The notes beneath the pieces are model-generated. The model saw only the letters and a program-made list of their open reading frames with translations, was not told the DNA's origin and searched no databases. This document shows positions 8,081 through 17,087 of a stretch of 49,638 nucleotides of DNA, in pieces; position 1 is the first letter of the stretch, and each line of letters begins with the position of its first letter. Made by a program: the position numbers and the translations under genes. This DNA comes from a virus (taxonomy: Duplodnaviria; Heunggongvirae; Uroviricota; Caudoviricetes). The stretch lies in the IMG/VR virus record IMGVR_UViG_3300016476_000987. The stretch is one strand, 5' to 3'.

Positions 8081-9373
8081 TTATAAAAAGAGTCCAAACC
8101 GTTCTTCTTTTTCTGTTAAGAATAGATTGATGAAGTGATTTTGAAATGCTCTAGTAAAGTCTTTCATACCGGTGACAAGATGTTCATTCTCTTCAATGAT
8201 AGTACTTACTATCTCTTTCTTACCCATAGAGAACAAAGTCTCAGACAATAAGATAGTGCCTTCATGTGCCTGTCCAAGTATAGCCTCTCTCTCAAACTTA
8301 ACTACCTTGATAGGAAACTTAACATTGTACTGCGTCTCCTCAAGAAACTTGCATGCTTCTCTAATTAGATATTCCATCTTAGGAGTCTGAGTGACTTCGC
8401 AGAATGCAAGGGTACTGCCATCCTCACTGAGACCATACACTTTCATTTCCGGGATCTGCCGCCTGAGCATCACACCCATAGACGTACTTACCAAGTAGTG
8501 CGGCTTCCTTTGAATAATATCAGAGTAGTAATCTGCTACATCGCTAAGGATGATTGCTCTACCTTTGATAGCTTCTTCCCACTGAGGAGATAAGGAGGTG
8601 CCACAGTATTTCCAATCTATTTGACTCTCCCAATACTCTTGATTGTATGAGCTAGAAATTACCTTCTTGATAATATTGAGATCAGTAACTTTAGCTAAAT
8701 ACCTGGCTACTGTGTAAGCAGCTGAGTACGTACTATCAATAAGTCTGCTCTCATTTATGGTAAAGCTCTTCATGTCATAATGAAAAAGACTCTTAGTCGA
8801 GCCAGCCTTGTATGCTCTGATTCCTCTACGGAATAGAATCATATGCTCATCATTGTTTTTCTGACTAAACAACTTACCCTCAGCAGTTTCATAAAGACAG
8901 TCCTCTCTATCAAAAGTAAAGAGTAGATCCCAACTCTCTACTATCTCTTTGACCTTTGGAGTATGCTCAACGTAGATACGAGTGTACCCTTCTTTTCCGG
9001 AAACATTATCCATAGAGGTAATGATGTTACTACCTCCCTCATCTATGCTATTGGATACAAACTCCCGGATGGCCATCCACTCTTCCCATTGAGGACCCAT
9101 ATCAGTAGTGAGAGAAGTAGCCTCTCCATTGATATAGATCCTGTTGAAACTCTTCCCTCTGAAGTTTACCGGAGCACTGGTGATCTCTATCTCCTGTTCC
9201 CCAGCAAAGATATGGAACGGTACTCCAAGCCTGAGGAGAGTTGCTAGCGCATACTTGTTACCTGATCCAAAGAATCCAATCTTACCTTCTTCGTCTCTCT
9301 TAGTGGATGCACCGATAAGAACCAATGCTTCTGTGTCAAGTACGCCTTTGTTTTCGATCATTAAGTAATTCAT
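8081..9373 (-). CDS. GHKL (Hsp90/MORC-like) ATPase with permuted motif order and a C-terminal EExxH region
   Basis: IENKG, GASTK...IGFFGSGNK, W..W.AIREFVSNSIDE, GYTRI motifs. Confidence 0.75.
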   Translation of the reverse strand: MNYLMIENKGVLDTEALVLIGASTKRDEEGKIGFFGSGNKYALATLLRLGVPFHIFAGEQEIEITSAPVNFRGKSFNRIYINGEATSLTTDMGPQWEEWMAIREFVSNSIDEGGSNIITSMDNVSGKEGYTRIYVEHTPKVKEIVESWDLLFTFDREDCLYETAEGKLFSQKNNDEHMILFRRGIRAYKAGSTKSLFHYDMKSFTINESRLIDSTYSAAYTVARYLAKVTDLNIIKKVISSSYNQEYWESQIDWKYCGTSLSPQWEEAIKGRAIILSDVADYYSDIIQRKPHYLVSTSMGVMLRRQIPEMKVYGLSEDGSTLAFCEVTQTPKMEYLIREACKFLEETQYNVKFPIKVVKFEREAILGQAHEGTILLSETLFSMGKKEIVSTIIEENEHLVTGMKDFTRAFQNHFINLFLTEKEERFGLFL

Positions 9374-9386
9374 AACTGTTTGGTTT

Positions 9387-9587
9387 TTATTTTATTAGCT
9401 CAGTGGAATAATCAATATTCACAGAATAAGTTATATAATAAGGAACATCTTTCATATCATAATGATGAACAACTTTATCTTTTGCTTCTTCTTCCGATTC
9501 TGCTTCTACAATATGATTTCTTTCATAAATGTTGTCCACTCCTTCATAATGTGATTCCTTAATCGTACAATTAACTAAATAAATCAT
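9387..9587 (-). CDS. hypothetical protein
   Basis: ORF track. Confidence 0.7.
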   Translation of the reverse strand: MIYLVNCTIKESHYEGVDNIYERNHIVEAESEEEAKDKVVHHYDMKDVPYYITYSVNIDYSTELIK

Positions 9588-9590
9588 ATC

Positions 9591-9989
9591 TTATTTATTT
9601 TTAAAGATTTCAATTAGTTTACGTAGACAAGCAAGTTCTGCTTCTTCGTAGGTTTTAAAAACATTTCCATAAAAATCTTCAAAATTATTTAGGTTTAATA
9701 TTCTAAAAGAATATGAATGTATTATAGGTATTTTACCGTTATTCCATCCTCTGTCATAAACTTCAGAAGAAAATAAATTATGTTTCTCCCTGAAAAAGCG
9801 GAAACATTGTGAGAATGTTGGTGCTGAGCAACTACTATCATTCAACCAACCACAAGAATTTCTTGTGCGGTCAAAGTTTATGATGTCTTTATATTCTCCA
9901 TCATACCAACCAAAACAAGGTTCATCAAACCCAAGTTGCTTAAGCTCTAATGCTTCAGCGTAAAGAGCAAATTCTTTATCTAAACTCAT
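9591..9989 (-). CDS. Bacteroidota-phage-type hypothetical protein (ALELKQLGFDEPCFG...APTFSQ.FR.FREK)
   Basis: Recognisable motif pattern; ATGA overlap with the upstream gene. Confidence 0.85.
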   Translation of the reverse strand: MSLDKEFALYAEALELKQLGFDEPCFGWYDGEYKDIINFDRTRNSCGWLNDSSCSAPTFSQCFRFFREKHNLFSSEVYDRGWNNGKIPIIHSYSFRILNLNNFEDFYGNVFKTYEEAELACLRKLIEIFKNK

Positions 9990-10342
9990 ATCAAATTGTT
10001 TAATGTGAATTCAATAGCAGCCTCGTACGCTTCTGTTGGGGAGTTGAATCTTTTCTCCATAAACTTTAAAACTTCCTTTATTGCGTCTTGCTTATAATTC
10101 CAATCACATTGTATATAAGGTGTAAATTCTTTAAAAGACTTCATTGCATGAACCCAAATCTGATGCTTCTCATACAACCACATCACTACTTCTGCAATGG
10201 TTGGTGCATAAGGAAATATATCACTTGCATCTCTTTCTAATCTTTCAATACCATTAAAATCAGTATAACGATACTCAGAGTAAATATTTATCTTTTTGTC
10301 TTGTAATAAATTTGCTAATTCTGGACTTACATGTGTATTCAT
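9986..10342 (-). CDS. hypothetical protein, distant paralog of 9591-9989
   Basis: ELA.LL, APT..EV..WL.EKH, F....EA.EA pattern shared. Confidence 0.8.
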   Translation of the reverse strand: MNTHVSPELANLLQDKKINIYSEYRYTDFNGIERLERDASDIFPYAPTIAEVVMWLYEKHQIWVHAMKSFKEFTPYIQCDWNYKQDAIKEVLKFMEKRFNSPTEAYEAAIEFTLNNLI

Positions 10343-10503
10343 ATTATTTCGCTTATTGTAACTTGTATAAAACGAGTTTGTTTCAAAAGATTATTTTTCA
10401 TTCTATTAGCTTTTATTAATGTACTACACTTTTGAAATTTGTAAATAGGTCTCCATTGAGGGTTAGTCCTATCCCATATTATCCAACTTACTAGATATTT
10501 CAT
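10339..10503 (-). CDS. hypothetical basic protein, 54 aa (not in ORF track)
   Basis: Own translation MKYLVSWIIWDRTNPQWRPIYK...; ATGA overlaps at both ends. Confidence 0.7.
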   Translation of the reverse strand: MKYLVSWIIWDRTNPQWRPIYKFQKCSTLIKANRMKNNLLKQTRFIQVTISEII

Positions 10504-10910
10504 ACCTTATACTTTTGAAAGATTTTTTTAAATGTGTTTGTTATTGATTGTTTATCTACAGGACTTCTGTCACTCGTATATGCAGGTTCTCCATCTATAA
10601 AAAATGGTTCGCTTATAGCATCTTCAGCAGCAATTTCAAGTGCTTGTTTTATTACATTAGCTGTGTATTCATTGAGTTGTTCGGGTGTGAATACAAATGC
10701 TTCTTGCAACTTAAACCACAAATCAACATCTGTATAGTATTCAGCAAGTCCGTTAGACGTTGAAAAAAACTTTGTTTCAGGATTAAACCAACCCAAAAAT
10801 AAAATTCCTTTGTATTGAAATAAAACTTCAATTTCAGATCCGTCTTTAGAATTAGGTAATTCATCTTCTACCTTTACAGGTAAATAAACTGTTTGTTTAG
10901 TAGGTGTCAT
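10500..10910 (-). CDS. hypothetical protein (VYLPVKVEDELP motif)
   Basis: ORF track. Confidence 0.75.
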   Translation of the reverse strand: MTPTKQTVYLPVKVEDELPNSKDGSEIEVLFQYKGILFLGWFNPETKFFSTSNGLAEYYTDVDLWFKLQEAFVFTPEQLNEYTANVIKQALEIAAEDAISEPFFIDGEPAYTSDRSPVDKQSITNTFKKIFQKYKV

Positions 10911-10935
10911 ATATCAAAATTTATTAGTTAAGTAA

Positions 10936-11517
10936 TTAAGAAACAACGCTTTCTTTTTCAATCAAATGATTAACAATGTCCTTTGCTTCTTGTAAGCAAT
11001 AATCTTCTCCATAGAATCCCCAGCAACTATCCAAATCCTCTTCGTGATCATGGCCAAGGTTACAAGTAGTAACTTCATATATCCTATATCCATAAACGTC
11101 ACCCCTAATGTATTGGTCATACGTTTCAACTTCACCCTTCAAGTATTCCCCAACTTTTGTTTCATCAATACCTTCTTTCTTCACTTTATCTTTTGATACG
11201 AAAATCCAACCAACTTGTCCACTATCCCAATTACAACTGAAAGGGCCTGTACTGATTGTAATCCCGGAGTGATCATAAAGATACAAAGGGAGGATAGTGT
11301 GTACATTTTCTTGTTTGATAATTGCTTCTTTCATTTTTTCCCATCCTGAGTAATCACCACTATCATAATCATGCTTATCTCCGAGATCATACCTTCGGTG
11401 AAAACATACCATAGTACCCAAGTTATCCCAAGTACGTGGGCTATCCGTATCAGAATCTGGATAGATTTCAATAAGATACTTACCAATCCTTTCTGAGTGT
11501 ACCGCTTCCATTTTCAT
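10936..11517 (-). CDS. conserved phage/mobile-element hypothetical protein (SPR.WDNLG...LPLYLYDHSG...WDSGQVG...DSCWGFYG)
   Basis: Recognisable motif set of a widespread family of unknown function. Confidence 0.85.
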   Translation of the reverse strand: MKMEAVHSERIGKYLIEIYPDSDTDSPRTWDNLGTMVCFHRRYDLGDKHDYDSGDYSGWEKMKEAIIKQENVHTILPLYLYDHSGITISTGPFSCNWDSGQVGWIFVSKDKVKKEGIDETKVGEYLKGEVETYDQYIRGDVYGYRIYEVTTCNLGHDHEEDLDSCWGFYGEDYCLQEAKDIVNHLIEKESVVS

Positions 11518-11528
11518 TTTGTTTGATT

Positions 11529-11819
11529 TTAATAGTAACTGAATGTGAATAAAGAACTGTTGTAGTAATTATCTTGTAGGCATTTGACTATGTGCCATTT
11601 TATATGCATCGGAGGTTCCGTATCATATACTTCTCTATGGGACTCTCCTACTTTATTGATAATAGACAGGAACATCTTCTCTATGATAGGAGGCCTAACA
11701 TCTATTCCTGTATCTATATAATCAATCAAGGGAGCAAGGAGTTCTCTGATACGTTGATCCCCTTCTTCAGTAAACATCTCAAACTTTGCTTTCTGTAATC
11801 TTTCTTGTGCCGGTGTCAT
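11529..11819 (-). CDS. hypothetical protein (start MTPAQ)
   Basis: ORF track; start moved to abut the upstream stop. Confidence 0.7.
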   Translation of the reverse strand: MTPAQERLQKAKFEMFTEEGDQRIRELLAPLIDYIDTGIDVRPPIIEKMFLSIINKVGESHREVYDTEPPMHIKWHIVKCLQDNYYNSSLFTFSYY

Positions 11820-11820
11820 G

Positions 11821-12027
11821 TTATAAGTTATTACTTGCCCAAAGATTAATTGCTTCTTCTTGAGTACAGTCCTGGTTATTGTAGATGTCATTAATCTCTT
11901 CTATAATGTTATCTGCCTCTTCTCCTTGAGCGAAGAACTCTCCGATAGCAATATAAGACAGAGAAGTGTTGATCTCAATATCCTCTCCATAATGACCATC
12001 AAGCCAGGAGGAATCTAATTTACTCAT
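11821..12027 (-). CDS. hypothetical acidic protein
   Basis: ORF track. Confidence 0.7.
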   Translation of the reverse strand: MSKLDSSWLDGHYGEDIEINTSLSYIAIGEFFAQGEEADNIIEEINDIYNNQDCTQEEAINLWASNNL

Positions 12028-12040
12028 AGTAAGTATAGTA

Positions 12041-12325
12041 TTAAAGGTATATAATAATCCTGTTATTTTCTATTGATATCTTAGAGGCAGGGAATTCAAG
12101 TTTCATTCCCTTGGGGATAGATGTAGTAGATACTGCCGGGCTCTTCTTAGTTTTTCTAGGCAAGCCCATACTGTTTCTGATCTTATATGCTTTCATCATT
12201 ACAGTCCCTTTAGACCTTTTAAATTTCTTACACAAAGTAGTAGCTACTTCAGTAATACTTTTTCCTTCCAACAACATCTTTTTGATCTCAGCCTCTTCTG
12301 CTTGAGAATAAAACTTGATAGCCAT
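12041..12325 (-). CDS. helix-turn-helix (Myb/GcrA-like) DNA-binding protein
   Basis: FYSQAEEAEIKKMLLEGKSITEVATTL...RSKGTV..KAYKI. Confidence 0.6.
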   Translation of the reverse strand: MAIKFYSQAEEAEIKKMLLEGKSITEVATTLCKKFKRSKGTVMMKAYKIRNSMGLPRKTKKSPAVSTTSIPKGMKLEFPASKISIENNRIIIYL

Positions 12326-12345
12326 AGTGATTAAATTTACGGGGG

Positions 12346-12891
12346 TTAAGATATTTTAGCAATGGATACCATAGACGATGTATCAAAGTACGCAGCGACT
12401 ATGTAAGTAGAGAAAGTAGTCTTTATAACTGAATGCGGGACAGGAAGATTCACATTGTCAATAGACTTTATCTTTTCTTTTCTAGTAGAGAAAAATCTAT
12501 TGATAGTTTCTGATATCCCTAAAGGTCGAGTAGAAAAGGTCATGACAAATCTTTGCGACTTAAATTTTATCGCATGCTCATGTAAGGATATAACTGAGCC
12601 ACAATAGTCTAGATCATACACAGAATCAGATTTAAGATCTGCATTGAGTATGTCTCCAAACCTGTAGTGAATAGGAAGTTTAGTTTTAATTTTAGATAGT
12701 TGGGATATCATAACTTCCTGATTGTTTTCCCATATCTCTATCTTTGAATAGCCGTTTCTTTTACACCAAGAAAGATATTCGTTGATATCAGGACCGGCTA
12801 ATCCAATGATGCTCTCTTTATTGAAATAACTGAAAAGGAGGTTTCGGACGGCGTGTTTGTTTTTTGCTTCTTTGTAAGTCGGCTTCGTCAT
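12346..12891 (-). CDS. putative class I SAM-dependent methyltransferase-like protein
   Basis: IGLAGP (motif I-like), EIWENN (motif II-like), GDI (motif III-like), YDLDYCG (motif IV-like). Confidence 0.55.
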   Translation of the reverse strand: MTKPTYKEAKNKHAVRNLLFSYFNKESIIGLAGPDINEYLSWCKRNGYSKIEIWENNQEVMISQLSKIKTKLPIHYRFGDILNADLKSDSVYDLDYCGSVISLHEHAIKFKSQRFVMTFSTRPLGISETINRFFSTRKEKIKSIDNVNLPVPHSVIKTTFSTYIVAAYFDTSSMVSIAKIS

Positions 12892-13003
12892 AGTTGTAAT
12901 CGTTATAGTTTGCTTTGAATACAAGATACATAAGAATCAAAGCGGTAAATAATCCGGCAACCATACCGCTCAAAAATATAAAGAACTTAATCTCGCCAAT
13001 CAT
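12818..13003 (-). CDS. possible small membrane protein (overlaps downstream gene)
   Basis: N-terminal hydrophobic helix; 74-nt overlap weakens the call. Confidence 0.4.
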   Translation of the reverse strand: MIGEIKFFIFLSGMVAGLFTALILMYLVFKANYNDYNYDEADLQRSKKQTRRPKPPFQLFQ

Positions 13004-13340
13004 AGTACGGGGGTGTTTGTTTGTTAGTAATTAGGACAGGAGAAATTGCAGCAATTAAGATCCAATCGCCATCCCATTCTGCGCCTGAAATAGTCAAGCG
13101 ATTGCGATTTTTGCGGATCAAAACGAGGGGTAGAGCCTGGAGCCTATCGAAGGTAGTACGAGTCCACCAACCTGCGGTAGTAACAAACAGATCATTGTCG
13201 GCTGTGCAAACTGCAATTCTATTTCCAAACAGATACAGGTGAGCGTTTCCTCTTTTATCTACCTTAACTTCCGTATTGCTTTTACAAAAGTTCTTTCTTT
13301 CTCTAAGGGCTCTTGCTGCTTCTATGCTTATTTTTTTCAT
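12987..13340 (-). CDS. hypothetical phage protein (L.GN.IA...AGW.T.TT..RL.AL)
   Basis: ORF track; motif pattern familiar from phage early genes. Confidence 0.8.
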   Translation of the reverse strand: MKKISIEAARALRERKNFCKSNTEVKVDKRGNAHLYLFGNRIAVCTADNDLFVTTAGWWTRTTFDRLQALPLVLIRKNRNRLTISGAEWDGDWILIAAISPVLITNKQTPPYYDWRD

Positions 13341-13612
13341 GATAATCTTTTGATATGTTTTTTAATCCAATAAATCCTTGGTTTAATTTTGCCATAAGGA
13401 AAGAAGTATGCTTCCGGGTTATAACCTTTTACAAAGTTTGTCCAAGAGAAATAGTCTGGACGATTATATCTAATATATTCAAATAAAGTCTTTGCCTCTG
13501 ATTCTGTAATAATGCCTTGTCTATCGAGCGTACCTACCCAATGACACATTCCGGTTTCAAACAAATCTTTGTGTTGTAACATTACCTGTAATAGTTCTTT
13601 AATTGTTCTCAT
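13337..13612 (-). CDS. hypothetical protein
   Basis: ORF track; ATGA-type overlap. Confidence 0.75.
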   Translation of the reverse strand: MRTIKELLQVMLQHKDLFETGMCHWVGTLDRQGIITESEAKTLFEYIRYNRPDYFSWTNFVKGYNPEAYFFPYGKIKPRIYWIKKHIKRLS

Positions 13613-14045
13613 TGTTTTCGTTTTTTGTTTCGTATGATTTAATACAGACTGCTACTCTTTCTATGAACAGGTCTGCCCACTGTCCATCATCCATAGTACC
13701 TATACCCTTTTGATCTCGGTATGAGTCTAGGTAAAATTTTATGTCACTCAGAATAAATTCCGTTCTTATAGCCTCTCTTACGATGTGCTGGGTTAGACTA
13801 TCGAGTTTTGCCATCTCATACATTTTACCATCTATCTCCACATACTCATAGTCATCATCATCATTCCAAGAAGTATAGTATATCAACTCATCATCGTATG
13901 CGGCATCTATACTATTGTACCCTAGAGTGGCTACATACTTCAGAGCATCTTCTTTATACTTAAAGTATAAAACATCGTTCTCTGCATACCAACCCTCGTC
14001 CATTCCTTCTCCTGTAGCGGAACATTGTCTTGCGTAGTAATTCAT
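13599..14045 (-). CDS. hypothetical phage protein (YARQC..TGEGM.EGW...YYT.W)
   Basis: ORF track; familiar phage motif. Confidence 0.8.
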   Translation of the reverse strand: MNYYARQCSATGEGMDEGWYAENDVLYFKYKEDALKYVATLGYNSIDAAYDDELIYYTSWNDDDDYEYVEIDGKMYEMAKLDSLTQHIVREAIRTEFILSDIKFYLDSYRDQKGIGTMDDGQWADLFIERVAVCIKSYETKNENNENN

Positions 14046-14680
14046 GATTTTTTCTTTTTGAATTTTAAAACTTTATATCCCTTACTATTCTCATCTACTA
14101 TCAATTCATAATTCCCTTGAACTATCAGACACTTGAACTCTTCTCCTGGATTTGCTAATCCATCTCCTACGAAAAAAGGTAGCTTTTCGGATAAATAATG
14201 TCCATTGATATGTAATGACAGCTCTAGAGAAAAAGTATAAAGATCGTCACTTTTATACTCAAAGTGCTCCTCTATTTTAGTTCTCCACTCATCACAAATA
14301 CTATTATCCATGATAGCCTCTTTCAAAATATCTTCAGTTAGAGTGTAAGATTCTGCAAAAGGATTGTCTTTTATAATCTCTATAATCTTATTTTTCCAAT
14401 ATGGATTAGCAACTTCAAAAGCCTTTGCTAAGAATTCTTTGCTTGCTGTTAGGTTCTTAAACATATTTGTGTTTTTTGTTTCTACTAAATCAAAATGATC
14501 TTCATGTACTATATATTCATTAGACTCCGTAAGACTCTTCACTATTATATGTCTATTAAAACCGGACCCGTTTCCATATACTTTTGTAACTTTTCCTTTC
14601 CAGCCTACTTGGGTTATACCGTAATGCACAGATGCTTGACTGTTACCTACTACAATGTCTCCAACTTTAAACTTGCTCAT
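14042..14680 (-). CDS. SH3/KOW-like N-terminal domain protein, paralog of 15742-16569
   Basis: MSKFKVGDIVVGN..AS.HYGIT..GWKGKV..VY. Confidence 0.8.
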   Translation of the reverse strand: MSKFKVGDIVVGNSQASVHYGITQVGWKGKVTKVYGNGSGFNRHIIVKSLTESNEYIVHEDHFDLVETKNTNMFKNLTASKEFLAKAFEVANPYWKNKIIEIIKDNPFAESYTLTEDILKEAIMDNSICDEWRTKIEEHFEYKSDDLYTFSLELSLHINGHYLSEKLPFFVGDGLANPGEEFKCLIVQGNYELIVDENSKGYKVLKFKKKKS

Positions 14681-14696
14681 GGTTTTTGGTTTTATT

Positions 14697-15143
14697 TTAT
14701 TTAAGTTTTAGTTTACCATCCACCATCTCTACTTCCCATTCTGTTTTTTTGGGTGTACTGTCATGTCTTGTTAATATCCAAGCGCACTCTACATCAGTTT
14801 CTTTACCCTCTAACCCAGCTTCAAGTACGTCAGCCTTCTTTAGACCTTGTTCAAACGCTTTACACATTAAAGCATGTACTTCATTTCTTGTGTACTTCCG
14901 CTCCTTATTATCTTCAAGACATTCGTTGTAACCTTTTTCATATCCGTTTTGGGAAAGTAAGCAGGTGACTGTTCCTATGGGATTTATTGGATTGACAGAC
15001 TTCGTTGCAAAATCTCTTGCTTTCTTCTCAACATCCACCACACCAATAATTTCTTTGGCTTGTGATGTTGGTATTGTATGCATCGCTTTATTGGAGTCAT
15101 CCACCACTATGTAGTGATCTTCGGATAGTTCTATTAGTTTCAT
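14697..15143 (-). CDS. hypothetical protein, paralog of 7157-7699
   Basis: Shared blocks listed under 7157-7699. Confidence 0.8.
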   Translation of the reverse strand: MKLIELSEDHYIVVDDSNKAMHTIPTSQAKEIIGVVDVEKKARDFATKSVNPINPIGTVTCLLSQNGYEKGYNECLEDNKERKYTRNEVHALMCKAFEQGLKKADVLEAGLEGKETDVECAWILTRHDSTPKKTEWEVEMVDGKLKLK

Positions 15144-15153
15144 TGTTTTGATT

Positions 15154-15552
15154 TTATTGAAAGTCTTCCGGTAAATGTATTTCTACGAACATTTTACTTT
15201 CTATGATATTTATCTTTTCCCATAGAGCAGTGTACTGACTTACTATATTCTGGGAGAGAGCAGCGCCGTTCGGGTATCTCAGTTTAATGGCTTCAAGTGT
15301 CTCTTGCAAAGAATCGGATATGATAGCCCACTCATCCGAAGTAATATCATCTTTCTTATCCTCGTTGGTAATGATTCGTCTGCCCACATTCTGAATCAGT
15401 CTTTGCATCTGGGTCATGGTCTTCACCTGCTCATCTGAATAAGGGAAAGGAAGATCCGAAGACATGATGTGTTCAGTAATGTTGACTGCCTTTTCTTTTA
15501 AGATTGCAGACAGTACCTCTGCTTCTTTGTTTGTCAATTGTAAGTGTACCAT
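15154..15552 (-). CDS. hypothetical protein
   Basis: ORF track. Confidence 0.75.
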   Translation of the reverse strand: MVHLQLTNKEAEVLSAILKEKAVNITEHIMSSDLPFPYSDEQVKTMTQMQRLIQNVGRRIITNEDKKDDITSDEWAIISDSLQETLEAIKLRYPNGAALSQNIVSQYTALWEKINIIESKMFVEIHLPEDFQ

Positions 15553-15555
15553 TGT

Positions 15556-15732
15556 TTACAGGTTTATTATTACTTGAAATAGAATGATGAGTACATACCC
15601 TATGAAGAATCCTATAAGGAAGAGAAGCAAGTAAAGGACTATGAGGGCCAAAACCCTCAATAGTCCTTCGAGTACCTGCGTCAAAACATATAAGATTATC
15701 AGGGCGAATAGTACAAAGAATGCTATTGCCAT
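15556..15732 (-). CDS. very hydrophobic 58-aa membrane protein (not in ORF track)
   Basis: Own translation MAIAFFVLFALIILYVLTQVLEGLLRVLALIVLYLLLFLIGFFIGYVLIILFQVIINL; fills the gap exactly. Confidence 0.7.
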   Translation of the reverse strand: MAIAFFVLFALIILYVLTQVLEGLLRVLALIVLYLLLFLIGFFIGYVLIILFQVIINL

Positions 15733-15741
15733 GTTCTTATG

Positions 15742-16569
15742 TTATTTCTTTTTGAACTTAAGCTTTTTATATTCTCTAAGATCTTCTACAATCAGTTCGT
15801 ACTCTGAGCTTACAAGTAGACAATGATTCCTTTCTTCAACAGGTACCAGCCCATGCCCTATCATAATAGGCCCATCATTAAAATGAGTACGGATAGTATA
15901 TAATATTCCATCTTGGTCCGAATTTTTTCCAAAATTAAAGTAAGGGTTTTGATCATTGTATTTAAATTCTTCTATGATTTTCTTTTTCCAATCGCTACAG
16001 ACACTACACAAAGCCTCATCTATAATACTCTTAGGTACGGGAAGAACTTCTGAGATAGGGTCCAGGGAAAGAATGCTACGAATCTTAGGAGTGTATACAG
16101 AGTGTCCTGATTTGTATGCCTCCATAAGAAACTTTCTTGATCCCTTACAGTACTCCCCTTTCTTATACACAAGATCAAAATGGGTTGGGTCTACTTGAAA
16201 CCCGTCCCTTCCTTCCAAGTCCACTACTTCAATATACTCCTCTTCTACAACTCCCCTAACTTCTCCTACCCATCCTTCACCAGTGATGGCATAGACAGGG
16301 TTTCCTACCAACTTCTTTCCGATTACAAGATCTCCTACTTCAAATACTCCTTTCATTTCTGTTTCTTTTTCTTTTGATTGTTCTACTAAATCAAAGTAAG
16401 GATCATCTAGTGTATAACTAACATGGTGGTCTGAAAGTTCTTTCGCAAGAAACCTTTCATTGCTATACACTTCTACAACTCTCCCTTTCCAACCTTCTTT
16501 GGTTATACCGTAGTGCTTAGATGCTTCTCGGTTACCTACTACAATGTCTCCGATTTTAAACTTGCTCAT
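15742..16569 (-). CDS. protein with two SH3/KOW-like repeats, paralog of 14042-14680
   Basis: FKIGDIVVG...GITKEGWKG.V and FEVGDLVIG...AITGEGWVG.V. Confidence 0.8.
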   Translation of the reverse strand: MSKFKIGDIVVGNREASKHYGITKEGWKGRVVEVYSNERFLAKELSDHHVSYTLDDPYFDLVEQSKEKETEMKGVFEVGDLVIGKKLVGNPVYAITGEGWVGEVRGVVEEEYIEVVDLEGRDGFQVDPTHFDLVYKKGEYCKGSRKFLMEAYKSGHSVYTPKIRSILSLDPISEVLPVPKSIIDEALCSVCSDWKKKIIEEFKYNDQNPYFNFGKNSDQDGILYTIRTHFNDGPIMIGHGLVPVEERNHCLLVSSEYELIVEDLREYKKLKFKKK

Positions 16570-16593
16570 GGTTTTTGTTTTTGATTGTTATGA

Positions 16594-16785
16594 TTATTGA
16601 TTAGAGATGCGGTTATATTGTATGATGCTTACATATCCGATCATTACAAAAGTAACTCCCACAAACAAAAGATAGGAGGGGATTTCTTTTGACATCATCG
16701 CTTTGTCTATACAGATAGACACTACTGCTAGCGCAGCAACATACATGCTAAGGCACAAGGCTAGATAGAATGTTTCTTTTTTCAT
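16594..16785 (-). CDS. small membrane protein (start MKKETF)
   Basis: Two hydrophobic segments; ATGA overlap with the upstream gene. Confidence 0.7.
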   Translation of the reverse strand: MKKETFYLALCLSMYVAALAVVSICIDKAMMSKEIPSYLLFVGVTFVMIGYVSIIQYNRISNQ

Positions 16786-17012
16786 AACGGATAGTCTTTG
16801 AAGATTCTCTTTTTTATTTCTCTGTTTACTGCATTCAATTCTTCCCACTCTGGGGTGTTAGGATGCTGCCATGCAATTAATTCGTTGGCTAGAACTTCCC
16901 ATCTCTTACTCAATTCATCATCGGACATACGTTCTACTGTCTGTTGTATGCCGGTAACAGTTGAAGGAGGGATGAGATCCTTTCTGATAAACAATGCCTT
17001 TCCTCGGCTCAT
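16782..17012 (-). CDS. hypothetical protein
   Basis: ORF track. Confidence 0.75.
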   Translation of the reverse strand: MSRGKALFIRKDLIPPSTVTGIQQTVERMSDDELSKRWEVLANELIAWQHPNTPEWEELNAVNREIKKRIFKDYPL

Positions 17013-17040
17013 ATAATATATGGATTGTTATAAAATAAAT

Positions 17041-17071
17041 CGGGGAGGATGTATAGACATACGCTCTCCCC
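17041..17071 (-). promoter_or_regulatory. intergenic hairpin with TGT-CTAT-ACA apex (terminator-like or 5' hairpin)
   Basis: GGGGAG...TGT CTAT ACA...CTCCCC followed by GATTTATTTT. Confidence 0.55.
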
Positions 17072-17087
17072 TTAACCACCCGAATAA

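Noticed and set aside
7157-16569. Diversity-generating retroelement TR/VR pair behind the paralog similarities
   Set aside because: Differences are not adenine-specific, both copies are in coding genes, and no reverse transcriptase is present in the window.
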